From: Candidatus Wirthbacteria bacterium
Lineage (GTDB): Bacteria > Patescibacteriota > CG2-30-54-11
Length of the DNA: 64,000 nucleotides
NCBI GenBank assembly: GCA_903889905.1
Contig: CAISZI010000040.1
Location: forward strand, 148 to 64,147
Direction: 5' to 3'
How positions within the stretch are numbered: the stretch's first letter is position 1; every line of letters begins with the position of its first letter. The translations under genes and the position numbers were made by a program. Below the pieces are notes generated by a model that ran no database searches, had not been told where the DNA came from, and saw only the letters and a list, made by a program, of their open reading frames with translations. Shown here piece by piece: positions 46,031-57,215 of the stretch.

Positions 46031-48033
46031 CGCCGCATTTTGGTGATCTGATCGCGAATCATGGCGGCTTCTTCGAATTCCAGACGCTGGGCTGCGGCCT
46101 GAATGCGGCGTTCCATTTCTTTGATCAGCTTCAGTTTGTCGGTGGGTGAAAGATTGGCGACATCGATTTCTGGTGCTGCGGCAATCGGTTTGGGTTTGGC
46201 ACCTGTGTTGTCAAACATGTCTTCACGAATCGCTTTCATGATGGTTTGCGGTGTGATGCCGTTGTCTTTGTTGTATTGCACCTGAATCGCACGACGGCGG
46301 TTGGTTTCACGGATAGCAGCGTCCATGGATTTGGTCATGCGGCCAGCATACATGATGACTTTGCCCTCAACGTGACGGGCGGCGCGGCCAATTGTCTGGA
46401 TCAGGGCCGTTTCGCTGCGCAGGTAACTTTCCTTGTCCGCGTCCAGAATCGCGACCAGTGTGACTTCTGGGAGGTCCAGACCCTCTCGCAGCAGGTTGAT
46501 ACCTACCAGTACATCATAAACACCGAGCCGCAGGTCACGTAGAATGTCGACACGGTCCATGGTTTTGACGTCCGAGTGCAGATAGTTGGTTTTAATCCCA
46601 TTCTCGAGCAAATAGTCAGCCAGGTCTTCGGCCATTTTTTTGGTCAGGGTGGTGACGAGTGCGCGCTGGCCTTTTTGGACGCGGATTCTGACTTCCTTGA
46701 CCAGATCCTGGATCTGGTTTTCCACTGGACGGACTTCCAGCTCCGGATCGATCAGACCGGTCGGGCGCACCAGCTGTTCCACCGTTTGTTTGGAAAATTC
46801 CGCTTCATATTTGCTGGGAGTGGCCGAGACAAAAACGCACTGTTTGATGCGTTGCCAGAATTCACTGCCTTTGAGTGGCCGATTATCGCGTGCCGACGGC
46901 AGGCGGAAACCGTAGCGGATGAGCGTGTTTTTGCGCGATTTGTCGCCTTCGTACATGGCACCAATCTGCGGGATGGTCATGTGCGATTCGTCAATAAACA
47001 GCAGAAAATCCTGGGGAAAATAATCCAGCAGCACAAAAGGCGGATCACCGGGTTTGCGTTTATCAAAATGCCAGGAGTAATTTTCGATGCCGGGGCAATA
47101 ACCAGTCTCCTGCAGCATCTCAATGTCAAAGCGGGTGCGTTGTTCCAGCCTTTCGGCTTCCAGCAGAAACCCGTTGCCGCGCAGCTCTGGCAAGTAGGCA
47201 TTTAACTCTTTTTCGATGCTGACAATGGCGTCCTTGAGGCCTTCGCCAACGGCCACAAAGTGCGTCGCCGGGAAGATTTCGATTTCACCCAGTTCTTCCA
47301 GAATTTCACCGGTAAGTGGATCAAAAGTGCGGATTTTGTCGACATCATCGCCAAACAGTTCGAGCTTGATAGCGATTTCACCATAGGAGGGATAAACATC
47401 AATAACGTCGCCGTGGACGCGAAATTTACCCCGGCTGAAATCAAAGTCGTTGCGCTCAAACTGCATATTCGCAAGCCTTGTCAGTACTTCACGGCGGCCA
47501 ATGAACTGGCCTTTTTTGAGGTTCAGCGCGATTTTGAAATACTCGGTGGGTGAACCCAAACCATAAATGCAACTAATCGACGAAATAATGATGGTGTCGC
47601 GCCTGCTGAGCACACTCATGGTGGCCGAATGACGCAGACGCTCGATTTCTTCGTTGATCGAGGCGTCTTTTTCGATGTAGGTATCGGAAGTTGGGATGTA
47701 GGCTTCTGGCTGATAGTAATCGTAATAGCTGACAAAATATTCCACGGCGTTTTTGGGGAAAAATTCCTTGAATTCGGAATAAAGTTGAGCTGCCAGGGTT
47801 TTGTTGTGTGCCAGGATCAAGGCCGGGCGTTGTGTCTCGGCAATCACTTGGGCCATGGTGTAGGTTTTGCCACTACCAGTAACCCCGAGCAGGGTTTGTC
47901 GGTCAATGCCGGATTTCAGTCCCTCGACAAGTTTGGCAATGGCCTGGGGTTGGTCGCCTTTGGGAGAGTATGCGGTGGTTAGTTCAAAACGATTTTTTTT
48001 TTGACGTGCAAGCAGTTGTTCGGGCAAAATCAT
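46027..48033 (-). CDS. uvrB: Excinuclease ABC subunit B
   Basis: GVTGSGKT Walker A, helicase motifs and a C-terminal UVR domain. Confidence 0.9.
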   Translation of the reverse strand: MILPEQLLARQKKNRFELTTAYSPKGDQPQAIAKLVEGLKSGIDRQTLLGVTGSGKTYTMAQVIAETQRPALILAHNKTLAAQLYSEFKEFFPKNAVEYFVSYYDYYQPEAYIPTSDTYIEKDASINEEIERLRHSATMSVLSRRDTIIISSISCIYGLGSPTEYFKIALNLKKGQFIGRREVLTRLANMQFERNDFDFSRGKFRVHGDVIDVYPSYGEIAIKLELFGDDVDKIRTFDPLTGEILEELGEIEIFPATHFVAVGEGLKDAIVSIEKELNAYLPELRGNGFLLEAERLEQRTRFDIEMLQETGYCPGIENYSWHFDKRKPGDPPFVLLDYFPQDFLLFIDESHMTIPQIGAMYEGDKSRKNTLIRYGFRLPSARDNRPLKGSEFWQRIKQCVFVSATPSKYEAEFSKQTVEQLVRPTGLIDPELEVRPVENQIQDLVKEVRIRVQKGQRALVTTLTKKMAEDLADYLLENGIKTNYLHSDVKTMDRVDILRDLRLGVYDVLVGINLLREGLDLPEVTLVAILDADKESYLRSETALIQTIGRAARHVEGKVIMYAGRMTKSMDAAIRETNRRRAIQVQYNKDNGITPQTIMKAIREDMFDNTGAKPKPIAAAPEIDVANLSPTDKLKLIKEMERRIQAAAQRLEFEEAAMIRDQITKMRR

Positions 48034-48048
48034 GATGGTTCCCTAAAA

Positions 48049-50223
48049 TTAGTATTTGCGTTCAACCGAGATCATCCCCGGCATGTGTTCGAGGCTGTGA
48101 ATGACATTGATCAGTTCCAGCAGGTCATAGACCCGCATCGAAATTTTACTGGTAAACACACCTTTGTCGGCGTCACTGTGGCCTTCCATGCTGGTGACGA
48201 ACAGCTGCTGGTCGGAAATGGTATTGATGACATCTTTGATCAAACCCGTATGATCGCGGGCTGTCAGCTGCAGTGTCACTTCGTAGGCTTCTTTCTGGTC
48301 CTGTTCCCAGGAAAGGGGAATGACGCGTTCAGGCTCGGCACGCCGTTCCTTGATAATGTTTTTGCAATTGAGGCGGTGCACGGTAATGCCCTTGCCGCGG
48401 CTGATATAACCGACAATCTTGTCACCCGGAATGGGCTGGCAACAGGGTGCCATTTTGACGAGCAGGTCGCCAGTACCAAGAATTTTGGCCAGGGGTTTTA
48501 GCTGACGCAGCTGGTCTGTCTTGCGTACCGCATGTGGCACTTGCGTCGAGGGCGACAGCAAGGGATGGTCCTTGACCAGCTTTCCCAGGATCTGGCTGAC
48601 ATTCAGGGCGCCGTAGCCAAGCGCCGCAAATAAGTCTTCGGCATTGGGATAGTTGAGATCTTTGGCAATGTGTTCCCAGGAATTTTTGGTAATGTCTTCA
48701 AATTTGGTGCGGTTGATTTTGTGCAGTTCAGCTTGCAGGCGTTTTTTGCCGGACTGCACATTGTCGTTGTGCTGCTGGCGCTTGAACCACGCGCGGATGC
48801 GGCCGCGTGCGACATTGGTTTTGACAAATTCCAGCCAGTCACGACTGGGACCGCGTCTGTGGGTGGATTTGAGCACTTCGACAATGTCGCCGTTTTTGAG
48901 CTGGAAATTAAGCGGCACCATGCGGCTGTTGACCTTACCACCTAGGGCGTTGTTGCCGAGTTCAGTGTGAACGCGATAGGCGAAGTCCACGATCGTGGCG
49001 CCTTTGGGCAGGTCAATGACATCGCCACGTGGGGTAAAGACAAAGATCTGGTCTTCAAATAAATCGAGTTTGAGTGATTCGACGAAATCAAAAGCAGTGC
49101 GGAATTCTTTTTGCCAGTCGATCAACTGGTGGATCCAATCCATGCGATCCTGCACCGTGGCATCCAGTTCGGACATTTCTTCCTTATACCGCCAGTGCGC
49201 GGCCATGCCATATTCCGCGGTAAAATCCATTTCTTCCGTGCGCAACTGAATTTCCAGTTTGGTACCGTCATCACTGATCACGCCGGTGTGCAGTGACTGA
49301 TAACCATTGGATTTGGGGATGGCAATGTAGTCCTTGAATCGTCCCACAATGGGACGCCAGATGCGGTGCACCAATCCGAGCGCCTGGTAACAGTCTTTGA
49401 CATCATTCACGATCAGTCTTAGTCCAATCGAATCGAGCAAGTCCTCAATCGAGGCTTCCTTGTTTTTGACATAAACATTCATGTAAATGCTGTATAAATG
49501 TTTGGCGCGGCCCATGACTCGCGCTGTGATTTTGGCTTTGGCCAGTTCGTCCTGCAGGTGTTTGATATAAAGTTTCAGCTTGGCGTCGCGTTGGGATTTG
49601 GTAGCGCGCAGCTGTTTTTCGATCGTGTTGTACATCTTGGGTTGCATACAGCGGAACGACAGGTCTTCGAGTTGCCAACGGATATCGGCCATGCCGAGGC
49701 GATTGGCGAGTGGGGCATATATTTCCAGTGTTTCGGCGGCAATACCTTTTTGTTTGTTGCGCGGCAGCACACTAATCGTTTTCATGTTGTGCAGACGGTC
49801 ACAGAGTTTGATGATAATGACGCGCACGTCTTCAGCCATGGCCAAGAACATTTTGCGCAGGTTGCGTGCCTGCTGTTCTTCCTTGTTCCTGAGGCGCACG
49901 CGGCCGAGTTTGGTAACGCCGTCCACCAGCTGGGCGACTTCGGCACCAAATTTGGTTTTGATTTGCTCCAGGGTGACCGGGGTGTCTTCGGGAACGTCAT
50001 GCAGCAGGCCGGCGATCAGACAAGTTGCATCCATGCGCATCCCGGCCAGCTCTTTGGTCGTTTCCAGCGCGTGTTCGACATAGGGTTCACCACTTTTGCG
50101 GAGCTGTCCTTCATGCGCAACCATGGCAAAAGCGAGCGCCTCGAGCACTTTGGTCTGGTCGTCGAGGGTGAGATAGGCGATCAGTTTGATCAGTTGGTCA
50201 TGGTATTGCGGAGTATTGGCCAT
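48049..50223 (-). CDS. rel: Bifunctional (p)ppGpp synthetase/hydrolase (HD, synthetase, TGS and ACT domains)
   Basis: HD motif (LLHDVPEDT), synthetase motifs, TGS and a C-terminal ACT. 724 aa. Confidence 0.9.
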   Translation of the reverse strand: MANTPQYHDQLIKLIAYLTLDDQTKVLEALAFAMVAHEGQLRKSGEPYVEHALETTKELAGMRMDATCLIAGLLHDVPEDTPVTLEQIKTKFGAEVAQLVDGVTKLGRVRLRNKEEQQARNLRKMFLAMAEDVRVIIIKLCDRLHNMKTISVLPRNKQKGIAAETLEIYAPLANRLGMADIRWQLEDLSFRCMQPKMYNTIEKQLRATKSQRDAKLKLYIKHLQDELAKAKITARVMGRAKHLYSIYMNVYVKNKEASIEDLLDSIGLRLIVNDVKDCYQALGLVHRIWRPIVGRFKDYIAIPKSNGYQSLHTGVISDDGTKLEIQLRTEEMDFTAEYGMAAHWRYKEEMSELDATVQDRMDWIHQLIDWQKEFRTAFDFVESLKLDLFEDQIFVFTPRGDVIDLPKGATIVDFAYRVHTELGNNALGGKVNSRMVPLNFQLKNGDIVEVLKSTHRRGPSRDWLEFVKTNVARGRIRAWFKRQQHNDNVQSGKKRLQAELHKINRTKFEDITKNSWEHIAKDLNYPNAEDLFAALGYGALNVSQILGKLVKDHPLLSPSTQVPHAVRKTDQLRQLKPLAKILGTGDLLVKMAPCCQPIPGDKIVGYISRGKGITVHRLNCKNIIKERRAEPERVIPLSWEQDQKEAYEVTLQLTARDHTGLIKDVINTISDQQLFVTSMEGHSDADKGVFTSKISMRVYDLLELINVIHSLEHMPGMISVERKY

Positions 50224-50542
50224 AGGGAATGTTTTGGGTGAGGATTGGTTTTCGGTGTAAATCAGTTTAGCACATTTGGGCCAGATTTTGTTTATTTTTT
50301 GGGTAATAACTTAGGTTTTTGCAAAGGAATCATGCTTTTTCGACTGAATCCCCAAGTCAAAGCAATAGCCTCCTGGTGGCGTCGCTCGATCAGAATTTCA
50401 TGAACCGTACATTTGATCCAGTTTGCGTTAGTCACTAGGTTGCCCAACTGAGCAGCGGCGCCAAAACCAGGCAGGGGATGATTCGAGATTGCTATTTGCA
50501 ACACGGACTGGAGCGGATGAAACTGAACGCAACTTCGCCAGC

Positions 50543-52111
50543 TCACTCGCCCAGAGGCCGGGCAGTAATTGCCGGCACGGCTTGCTGCTCAAAAATCACG
50601 GCGACACTATCCTGGTAAACAATTCTATACTGGGTGTTTTGGCGTAAACCACTATCCAAAATGCTGTTTTTTTTGACGAGCAGTGTGCTGATGTGATTTT
50701 GGGCCAGAATGCCGGTCCACTTGGCACTGAGCCAGTTGATGTCATAGTACTCGGCGAGAATGTGACGTGCCGCTGTTTGCCAGCTGGCCATGCGGCCGTC
50801 AATGTAAACTTTGGTTTGCGGCAAGTACCAAGTCAGATAACCACCCCAGCCGTATTCGTTGAACAGGTTTTGCGCTGGTGGATGTGCTTGCAGGTAATTA
50901 ACCGCGTCCACCGGATAGTCGGCCTGGCGAGCCAGGGATTGCTCGTGCAGCGTCTGGTCTGTAAACTGCCAGATTTGGTTGCCGGCCAGAGCCAGACAGC
51001 CAAGCACGATCAGCAGGTTGAATAACGTCGAGGCCAGCAGATGCCAATTGGGTTTAAAAAACTTATCCGCTGTGCGCAAAAACAGGTGTACCTGTGGTGT
51101 CATGGCATAAACAGCAGTCATTAACCATGGCAATAAAAACAACACCAGCAGAGGAGTGTGGCGGATTGAACTGAAACCCAGGTACAGAAACAGTGGCAGG
51201 AAAAATACGTGAAAAAGTGACAGGGGCTTTTTGAGCCAAACCAGCAGCCAGAGGCTGATCAGGACAAATCCACCCATCAGCAACCCCGACATGGTTTGAA
51301 AATTAACTGACAGCCACTCGTTGATGTGACCACGGGCGAACTGGTCGAAACTGGTGCGAAAGGCTTCGGTATAAATCTGATAGGTGTTAGGATTGAGCAG
51401 CGTGGCAGCCACAGAAATCAATGCTACCAGCGCAAGATGCTTGATTTGGCGAAGTGTTTCAGCCTTGTCCTGTGGATGAAATGGATCCTGGCCGGGGCGG
51501 ATCAGGTTGACCGCCAGATAAAGCAATGCCAGCATAAACATGCCCAGTTCAATCACAAATCCACCGTGTAAATTGGCCCAAACCAGCATAAGCGGTGGTA
51601 AAATCCAGAGCTGTTTACGCGAGCCAAGGAAAAATTGCCAGAGTAGATAATTACAGACAGCAAACCCCAGCAGCGTGATCACCTGTGGCCGGGTGCCAAT
51701 GATCGGAGTACAGATAACTGCAGCGATAAGTGTCCAGATGAGGGTAAGCAGCCGCAGTTGCTGGCGGCTGAATGTCTCGAGTAGTCCCAGGTGTCGCGCC
51801 ATCAGGTTTCCGGTTTTGGCGGTAAAGCCAAAGACCATCAGCCCGAGTGCAGCAAATACCAGACCCAGCCCGAAGTATCCACTATAGTGTTGTACCACAT
51901 ACATGATGATGTTGGTGAGCCACTCGTGGTCCACCCAGGGGTAGCCGGTCATGCTCCATGAGTATTGGTCGAGAAAGGATGCGTGGCCGTGAAGGATGTC
52001 CTTGCCAACACGCAAATGCCACCACATGTCAGGATCATTGGGAATCCGCAGCAGTACGGCTACGAACAGGCCAAAGAGGATGAGTGGCAGTAAATTGATT
52101 TTTTTAAACAT
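50543..52111 (-). CDS. Polytopic membrane protein, putative GT-C-fold glycosyltransferase (ArnT/PMT-like)
   Basis: ~12 TM helices and an N-terminal loop containing a DxE-like motif. Weak call. Confidence 0.45.
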   Translation of the reverse strand: MFKKINLLPLILFGLFVAVLLRIPNDPDMWWHLRVGKDILHGHASFLDQYSWSMTGYPWVDHEWLTNIIMYVVQHYSGYFGLGLVFAALGLMVFGFTAKTGNLMARHLGLLETFSRQQLRLLTLIWTLIAAVICTPIIGTRPQVITLLGFAVCNYLLWQFFLGSRKQLWILPPLMLVWANLHGGFVIELGMFMLALLYLAVNLIRPGQDPFHPQDKAETLRQIKHLALVALISVAATLLNPNTYQIYTEAFRTSFDQFARGHINEWLSVNFQTMSGLLMGGFVLISLWLLVWLKKPLSLFHVFFLPLFLYLGFSSIRHTPLLVLFLLPWLMTAVYAMTPQVHLFLRTADKFFKPNWHLLASTLFNLLIVLGCLALAGNQIWQFTDQTLHEQSLARQADYPVDAVNYLQAHPPAQNLFNEYGWGGYLTWYLPQTKVYIDGRMASWQTAARHILAEYYDINWLSAKWTGILAQNHISTLLVKKNSILDSGLRQNTQYRIVYQDSVAVIFEQQAVPAITARPLGE

Positions 52112-52113
52112 GT

Positions 52114-53787
52114 TTAACGAATATCCTTGAGCAAGAGCTGGAGCGATTTCAATCCTTCCCAGGTATTTTCTTCCACTGTGAAGGCCAGGTCGTGGGCTGG
52201 CTGGTGGCTGAGGGTGTCGAATTTTTCCGCCATGCCAAAGCCGACCACATCAATTTTGGATCGTGCATTGAGTTGGCTTTTGAAATGGTTACGTTTCTGG
52301 CCCATGGTGCGGCGATTGAGCAAATTTGCCTCAAACAAGGCAAACACGGGTTTGGGGTTGAGGTGGCCAAAGGGCGCCAGTCGATTGACGATATTAAGCA
52401 GATCGTAGCTGATCTCGGCAGTGGTCAGGTGCCCCGCAATTTGCAGCTCGGGGATGAGGTCCGCGGCGGCCAGGGTTCGATTGGCGTAGTCAATAAACTG
52501 CTGGGTGAACTCAGGCAGCTGTGCGGAATTTAGTTCAAAACCAGCCGCCTGAGCGTGCCCGCCAAATTTGCTCAAATATTGTTGATGCTCGCGTAAAGCA
52601 TCGGTGACATGAAAACTGGCAATGGAGCGCGCAGACCCGCGGCTAATATCACCTTCCTGGCTGATTACCAGCACGGGTTTGTGGTACTGCTCACATAGTT
52701 TTCCCGCAATCAACCCAACAATGCCGGGATGCCAGCTGCAGCCGGTGATGACGAGAGCTTTATGCTTTGGATCATGCGCCATGGCCTGTGTCTGGGCTTC
52801 AGCGACCAGCGTCTCGGTAAGTTTCTGTCGCTCGACATTGAGATTCTGCAGGTTAGCCGCGAGTGTCTGCGCCTGCATTGGATCATCGCACAACATCAGT
52901 TCCAGTGCTTCGTGGGCGTGGCGCATACGGCCTGCTGCATTGATCCGTGGTGCCAACTGGAAAGCAATCTGAAAGGTGTCAATTTTCGTGATGTCAATGT
53001 TGGCGACCTCAGCCAGCGCGATAAGACCGGGGCGTTTGCTCTGGTGCAGGGTTTTGAGGCCCAGCGTGACGAGTGTCCGATTTTCACCCAGAAGTTCGAC
53101 GATGTCTGCCACCGTCGCAATGGCGACCAGGTCGAGCGGATGATGCTTGGCGCGAATGCCCAGTTGTGCTTTGAGGGCTTGTAAAAGTTTAAAAACAACA
53201 CCAGCGCCACAAAGGTTTTTGTACGGATATTGATCGTCTGCTTGGTGGGGATTGATCAGGGCATCGGCCGGTGGCAGAATTTCCGGTACCTGGTGGTGGT
53301 CAATGACAATGACAGTTAGCCCGAGTTTTTTTGCGAGTTCAATTTCACGTACATTGGACGTGCCGCAGTCAACGGTGATCAGCAACTTTGTGCCGGCGCG
53401 GGACAGTTTTTCGACAGCGGCTTGATTCAGGCCATAGCCTTCGGCGCGAATCGGCAGGTAGTAATTCAGTTTGTCGGTCACGGACTGCAGTGTCTGGTAC
53501 AAAATAGTGGTGCTGCAAACGCCATCCACGTCATAGTCACCAAAAATGGTGATTTGGTCTTTGGCGGTAAGCGCTGCCTGAATCAGCTCAACTGCTTTGC
53601 CAATGTCTTTGAGCTGAGTAGCTGCATGAAAATGGGCAGGCGTGGGATTTAAGAATTCTTCAATTTTGGCTGGTGTGTCAATCTGGCGCTGCTGCAGTAA
53701 ATGTCCGAGAAGCTTGGGAAAGTCCAGGTAAATGGGGGGCAGATCGGACTCATTTTGGTCACTGATAATCCATTTTTTGCTGGTCAT
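52114..53787 (-). CDS. recJ: Single-stranded-DNA-specific exonuclease RecJ (DHH/DHHA1)
   Basis: DYDVDG and DHH motifs. Confidence 0.85.
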   Translation of the reverse strand: MTSKKWIISDQNESDLPPIYLDFPKLLGHLLQQRQIDTPAKIEEFLNPTPAHFHAATQLKDIGKAVELIQAALTAKDQITIFGDYDVDGVCSTTILYQTLQSVTDKLNYYLPIRAEGYGLNQAAVEKLSRAGTKLLITVDCGTSNVREIELAKKLGLTVIVIDHHQVPEILPPADALINPHQADDQYPYKNLCGAGVVFKLLQALKAQLGIRAKHHPLDLVAIATVADIVELLGENRTLVTLGLKTLHQSKRPGLIALAEVANIDITKIDTFQIAFQLAPRINAAGRMRHAHEALELMLCDDPMQAQTLAANLQNLNVERQKLTETLVAEAQTQAMAHDPKHKALVITGCSWHPGIVGLIAGKLCEQYHKPVLVISQEGDISRGSARSIASFHVTDALREHQQYLSKFGGHAQAAGFELNSAQLPEFTQQFIDYANRTLAAADLIPELQIAGHLTTAEISYDLLNIVNRLAPFGHLNPKPVFALFEANLLNRRTMGQKRNHFKSQLNARSKIDVVGFGMAEKFDTLSHQPAHDLAFTVEENTWEGLKSLQLLLKDIR

Positions 53788-53882
53788 GCAATCCTTTGTG
53801 TTGAATCACGATGGTAAATATTTGGCAAAGCTAAAAACAGGATGCTATAATCGGCCTGTTATCCTATTGCTGGAGAAAGACC

Positions 53883-54332
53883 ATGCTGGTAAAAGACATC
53901 ATGACCAAAAAGGTCATTTCCGTAACTCCCGAAGCGACTGTGACTGAAATTGCGCAAAAACTGATTGATCATGGCATCAAAGGCATTCCCGTGGTCGAAG
54001 CTGGCATTGTCGTCGGCATCATCACTGAATGCGACATGATTTTGCAAAATGCCCGGTTGCATCTGCCGACTTTTATCCAGATCCTCGATGGCATCATCCC
54101 GATTGGCGAGCGTAATACCGAAGAAGAGCTTCGCCGTATTTATGGTGTACATGCCGCCGATATCATGAGCCGGCCGCCCATCACCGCTTCGCCTGACATG
54201 CCCGTTGAAGAACTCGCGACACTGATGTGGGAAAAGAAAATCAATCCCGTGCCCGTGGTCAGCGAAGACAAGCTGGTGGGCATCGTAAGCCGCGCCGATA
54301 TAATACGGCTTTTGCTCAAAAACGCCAAATAG
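53883..54332 (+). CDS. CBS-domain pair protein
   Basis: Two CBS motifs (GIPVV..G.VVGIITE.D; PVPVVSEDKLVGIVSRADI). Confidence 0.75.
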   Translation: MLVKDIMTKKVISVTPEATVTEIAQKLIDHGIKGIPVVEAGIVVGIITECDMILQNARLHLPTFIQILDGIIPIGERNTEEELRRIYGVHAADIMSRPPITASPDMPVEELATLMWEKKINPVPVVSEDKLVGIVSRADIIRLLLKNAK

Positions 54333-54367
54333 ATCCGGCGAATTCGAATAACCAAATTTTAATAACC

Positions 54368-54407
54368 AAACCAAAAAGAGAGGCACATGGCCTCTCTTTT
54401 TGGTTTA
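54368..54407. terminator. Bidirectional intrinsic terminator between the convergent CBS gene and asnS (AAACCAAAAAGAGAGGC..GCCTCTCTTTTTGGTTT)
   Basis: Perfect 17-bp stem flanked by A- and T-runs. Confidence 0.55.
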
Positions 54408-54417
54408 TCTTCGCATC

Positions 54418-54497
54418 GTAGGGCAGGGCTCGCCCCTGCCCTCTGCTTATCGGATTGCCGAGAAGGCGGGGGCAAGCCCCGCCCCTACGAGAATTGG
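54418..54497. repeat. Compound G/C-rich palindromes (AGGGCAGGG-CTCGC-CCCTGCCCT; GCGGGGGCAAGCCCCGCC; outer TCGTAGGGC...GCCCCTACGA)
   Basis: Read directly. REP-like. Confidence 0.35.
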
Positions 54498-54510
54498 ATT
54501 GTCAACAATT

Positions 54511-55809
54511 CTACGGATATTTGCGATTCAGCAGCCGTGGAAACGGTGTGGTTTCGCGCACGTGCGGCAGGTTGCAGATCCAGGCGACGATGCGTTCAAG
54601 GCCGAGACCAAAGCCGCTGTGCGGCACGGAACCATATTGACGCAAATCCAGGTACCATTTAAAGGCATCCATCGGCAGCTGATGCCGCTCGATCGACGCT
54701 TTAAGCTTGTCAAAGTCGTGTTCGCGCTGGCTGCCGCCGATGATTTCACCATAACCTTCGGGCGCAAGCAGGTCATTGCCCATCACAACTTTTTCATTGT
54801 TGGGATCGCGCAGCATGTAAAAGGCTTTGATCGCGGCCGGGAATTTTTCGACAAACAGCGGTTTGACATGAGCCTGCATCAGCATGGTCTCGTCGTCGTT
54901 GCCAAAGTCCGTACCCCACTGAATGTCGGAGCCGAGCTTCTGAAGTTCCAGGATGGCTGCGTCGTAGGTGAGGTGGTCAAACGGTGCCTGGACTTTGAGC
55001 AGGGGAGAGATGTCGCGTTCGAGGATGGTCAGTTCATGGGTACGATGCTGGAGCACTCGGGCGACGAGGTAGCAGACCATGCGTTCCTGGATCTGCATGT
55101 TTTCGGCGTGGTCGACAAAAGCGGCTTCGGCGTCGGTCATCCAGAATTCGATCAGATGGCGGCGGGTTTTGGATTTCTCGGCGCGGAACACGGGTTGGAA
55201 ATCGTAGACTTTACCCAGACTCATGATACCGGCTTCCAGGTAGAGTTGGCCGCTCTGGCTGAGGTAAGCCGGTTCGCCGAAGTAGTCGATCGCAAATAGT
55301 GTGGTGGTGCCTTCGCAGGCATTGGGGGTGATTTCCGGGCAATCGAGTTTGATAAAACCTTCCTCGGCATAAAAATCCTGAATCCCACGTTCGAGTTCGT
55401 CACGGATGCGCAAAATTGCCCACTGGCGTTCACTGCGCAGCCACAGGTGGCGGTTGTCGAGCAGGAAGTCGACGCCATGTTCTTTTTTGCCAATCGGGAA
55501 GTCTTCGCTGGCGACAGCAATGACCTGGGCATTTTTGAGTGTAAGCTCAACGCCGCTGTGTGAACGTTTATCTTCGCATACGACGCCCTGAACCGTCAGT
55601 GAACTTTCCAGCGTCAACGCGTCCAGTTCTTCAAACAGTTTGTCATCGATTTCACTTTTGACAGCCACAGCCTGGACTGTGCCGGAACCGTCACGGATTT
55701 GCAGGAACTGGATTTTGCCGGAAGAGCGTTTGTTGAACATCCAGCCGCGGATTTCCACTTCCTGGCCGACAAATTGTTTGAGTTTAGCAATCGTGGTCGG
55801 TGCAGCCAT
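54511..55809 (-). CDS. asnS: Class IIb aminoacyl-tRNA synthetase, most likely asparaginyl-tRNA synthetase. A short archaeal-type AspRS is not excluded.
   Basis: N-terminal OB fold. Motif 2 FRAEKSKTRRHL, motif 3 GFGLGLERIV, C-terminal PFPR. Confidence 0.65.
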   Translation of the reverse strand: MAAPTTIAKLKQFVGQEVEIRGWMFNKRSSGKIQFLQIRDGSGTVQAVAVKSEIDDKLFEELDALTLESSLTVQGVVCEDKRSHSGVELTLKNAQVIAVASEDFPIGKKEHGVDFLLDNRHLWLRSERQWAILRIRDELERGIQDFYAEEGFIKLDCPEITPNACEGTTTLFAIDYFGEPAYLSQSGQLYLEAGIMSLGKVYDFQPVFRAEKSKTRRHLIEFWMTDAEAAFVDHAENMQIQERMVCYLVARVLQHRTHELTILERDISPLLKVQAPFDHLTYDAAILELQKLGSDIQWGTDFGNDDETMLMQAHVKPLFVEKFPAAIKAFYMLRDPNNEKVVMGNDLLAPEGYGEIIGGSQREHDFDKLKASIERHQLPMDAFKWYLDLRQYGSVPHSGFGLGLERIVAWICNLPHVRETTPFPRLLNRKYP

Positions 55810-55830
55810 AGCTGTCCTTAGTTTAGAGGG

Positions 55831-57162
55831 TTAGCTGAGCAATTGCTTGGCTGATTCAATAAAATTCTCGGCTTTTTCAGCACTTAGTCCTTTGATTTTG
55901 GTGAGCTCGTCGAGTTGGGCCGAGGCAATATCGGAAAGCGAGTGGTAACCCGCTTCGTGAAGTTTTTCTACCATTTTGGGGCCGACGCCTTTGATCTGGC
56001 TGATGTGTGAAGCGTCGCTTTCGGCTTTGTCCGATTCCAGATTGTCGTTGACCTTTTTATCCACCAGAGCACGCAATTCATTGGCGTCCTCTTCCTGTTG
56101 GGCTGAAATCTGGTCTAGGATTTCCTTGGCTTCTTCGGGTGTTTTGACGTCCAAATGCCAGCCGACCAGCTTGGCGGCGAGCCGCACGTTCTGACCGTCT
56201 TTACCGATCGCCAGCGACAGTTGTGCTTCCGGTACAATCACAATGGCGCGGTCATGAGCTTTGTCGAGGATGACCTGGCTGATCTGGGCTGGTTTGAGCG
56301 AGTTGGCGATATACATGCCGGGATCGGCGTCGTAAGCGATAATGTCGATTTTTTCGGTGCCGAGTTCGTTCATGATCACCTGAATACGGGTGCCACGCTG
56401 ACCAACGCAGGAACCGACGGGATCGACGCCGTCCTGGCGAGCGGCGACGGAAATTTTGGTGCGACGGCCGGCTTCGCGGGCAATGCCTTTGATTTCGACG
56501 GTACCGGCATAAATTTCGGGAATTTCCATTTCAAACAAGCGGCGGATGAAGTCGCCATGTGCACGGGACAGGACGATTTGCGGTCCCTTGGTTGTTTGGG
56601 TCGTTTCCAGCAGCAGGGCACGGACGCGCTGGCCGGTGTAAAAATGTTCACCGGGAATCTGCTCGCTGCCTGGCAAAATGGCGTCAGCACGGCCCATGTT
56701 GATGATGACGTGGGTGCGTTCCACTTTGCGCACCTGGCCAGAGAGAATTTCGTTGACTTTGTCGGTGAATTCCTTGAAGACAATGTCGCGTTCCACTTCT
56801 TTGACGCGCTGCATCACGACCTGTTTGGCGGTCTGGGCGGCAATACGGCCAAAATCACCTGGGGTCACGTCCACCAGCACATCGGTGTCGAGCTGGGCAG
56901 CAGAGTCATAAGCCAATGCGATGATCAGCGGGATCTGTTCTTCTTCCATGTCTTCGGCAATTTCCATGACAACGGTTTTGAGTGCAAAAATGCGCATTTC
57001 GTCGGTTTCGGGACTGAAATTTACCTCGACACCACGGGCGTCGGCATGGTCTTTTTTGTAGGCTGACACCATGGCGGATTTGAGGATTTCAACGACACTT
57101 TCCTCGGGAATGCTTTTTTCGGCAGCAATTCGCTTAATTGCGAGGGATAATTCGCTTTGCAT
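55831..57162 (-). CDS. nusA: Transcription termination/antitermination factor NusA (S1, KH1, KH2, C-terminal HhH repeats)
   Basis: Domain order and motifs. AAGGAG RBS. Confidence 0.85.
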   Translation of the reverse strand: MQSELSLAIKRIAAEKSIPEESVVEILKSAMVSAYKKDHADARGVEVNFSPETDEMRIFALKTVVMEIAEDMEEEQIPLIIALAYDSAAQLDTDVLVDVTPGDFGRIAAQTAKQVVMQRVKEVERDIVFKEFTDKVNEILSGQVRKVERTHVIINMGRADAILPGSEQIPGEHFYTGQRVRALLLETTQTTKGPQIVLSRAHGDFIRRLFEMEIPEIYAGTVEIKGIAREAGRRTKISVAARQDGVDPVGSCVGQRGTRIQVIMNELGTEKIDIIAYDADPGMYIANSLKPAQISQVILDKAHDRAIVIVPEAQLSLAIGKDGQNVRLAAKLVGWHLDVKTPEEAKEILDQISAQQEEDANELRALVDKKVNDNLESDKAESDASHISQIKGVGPKMVEKLHEAGYHSLSDIASAQLDELTKIKGLSAEKAENFIESAKQLLS

Positions 57163-57189
57163 GTTAGCTCCTTGCTAAAATAACGTATT

Positions 57190-57215
57190 AAAAAAGGTGG
57201 GGCCCGGCCTCACCT
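57190..57215 (-). promoter_or_regulatory. GC-rich hairpin plus U6 (minus strand) located between the promoter and the nusA RBS: a candidate leader attenuator
   Basis: AGGTGAGGCCGGGCCCCACCT followed by TTTTTT on the nusA strand, about 25 nt before its SD. Confidence 0.35.

Noticed and set aside
50292-50546. 84-aa ORF on the minus strand between the membrane glycosyltransferase-like gene and rel
   Set aside because: Its composition looks random, it has no RBS, and it lies in the rel promoter region (TTGCAA...TGTGCTAAACT). I scanned the same region for RNase P, SRP and 6S RNA signatures and found none I could support.
54511-55809. Calling this class IIb synthetase lysyl-tRNA synthetase
   Set aside because: The length (432 aa) and C-terminal PFPR motif fit AsnRS or short AspRS better than LysRS.
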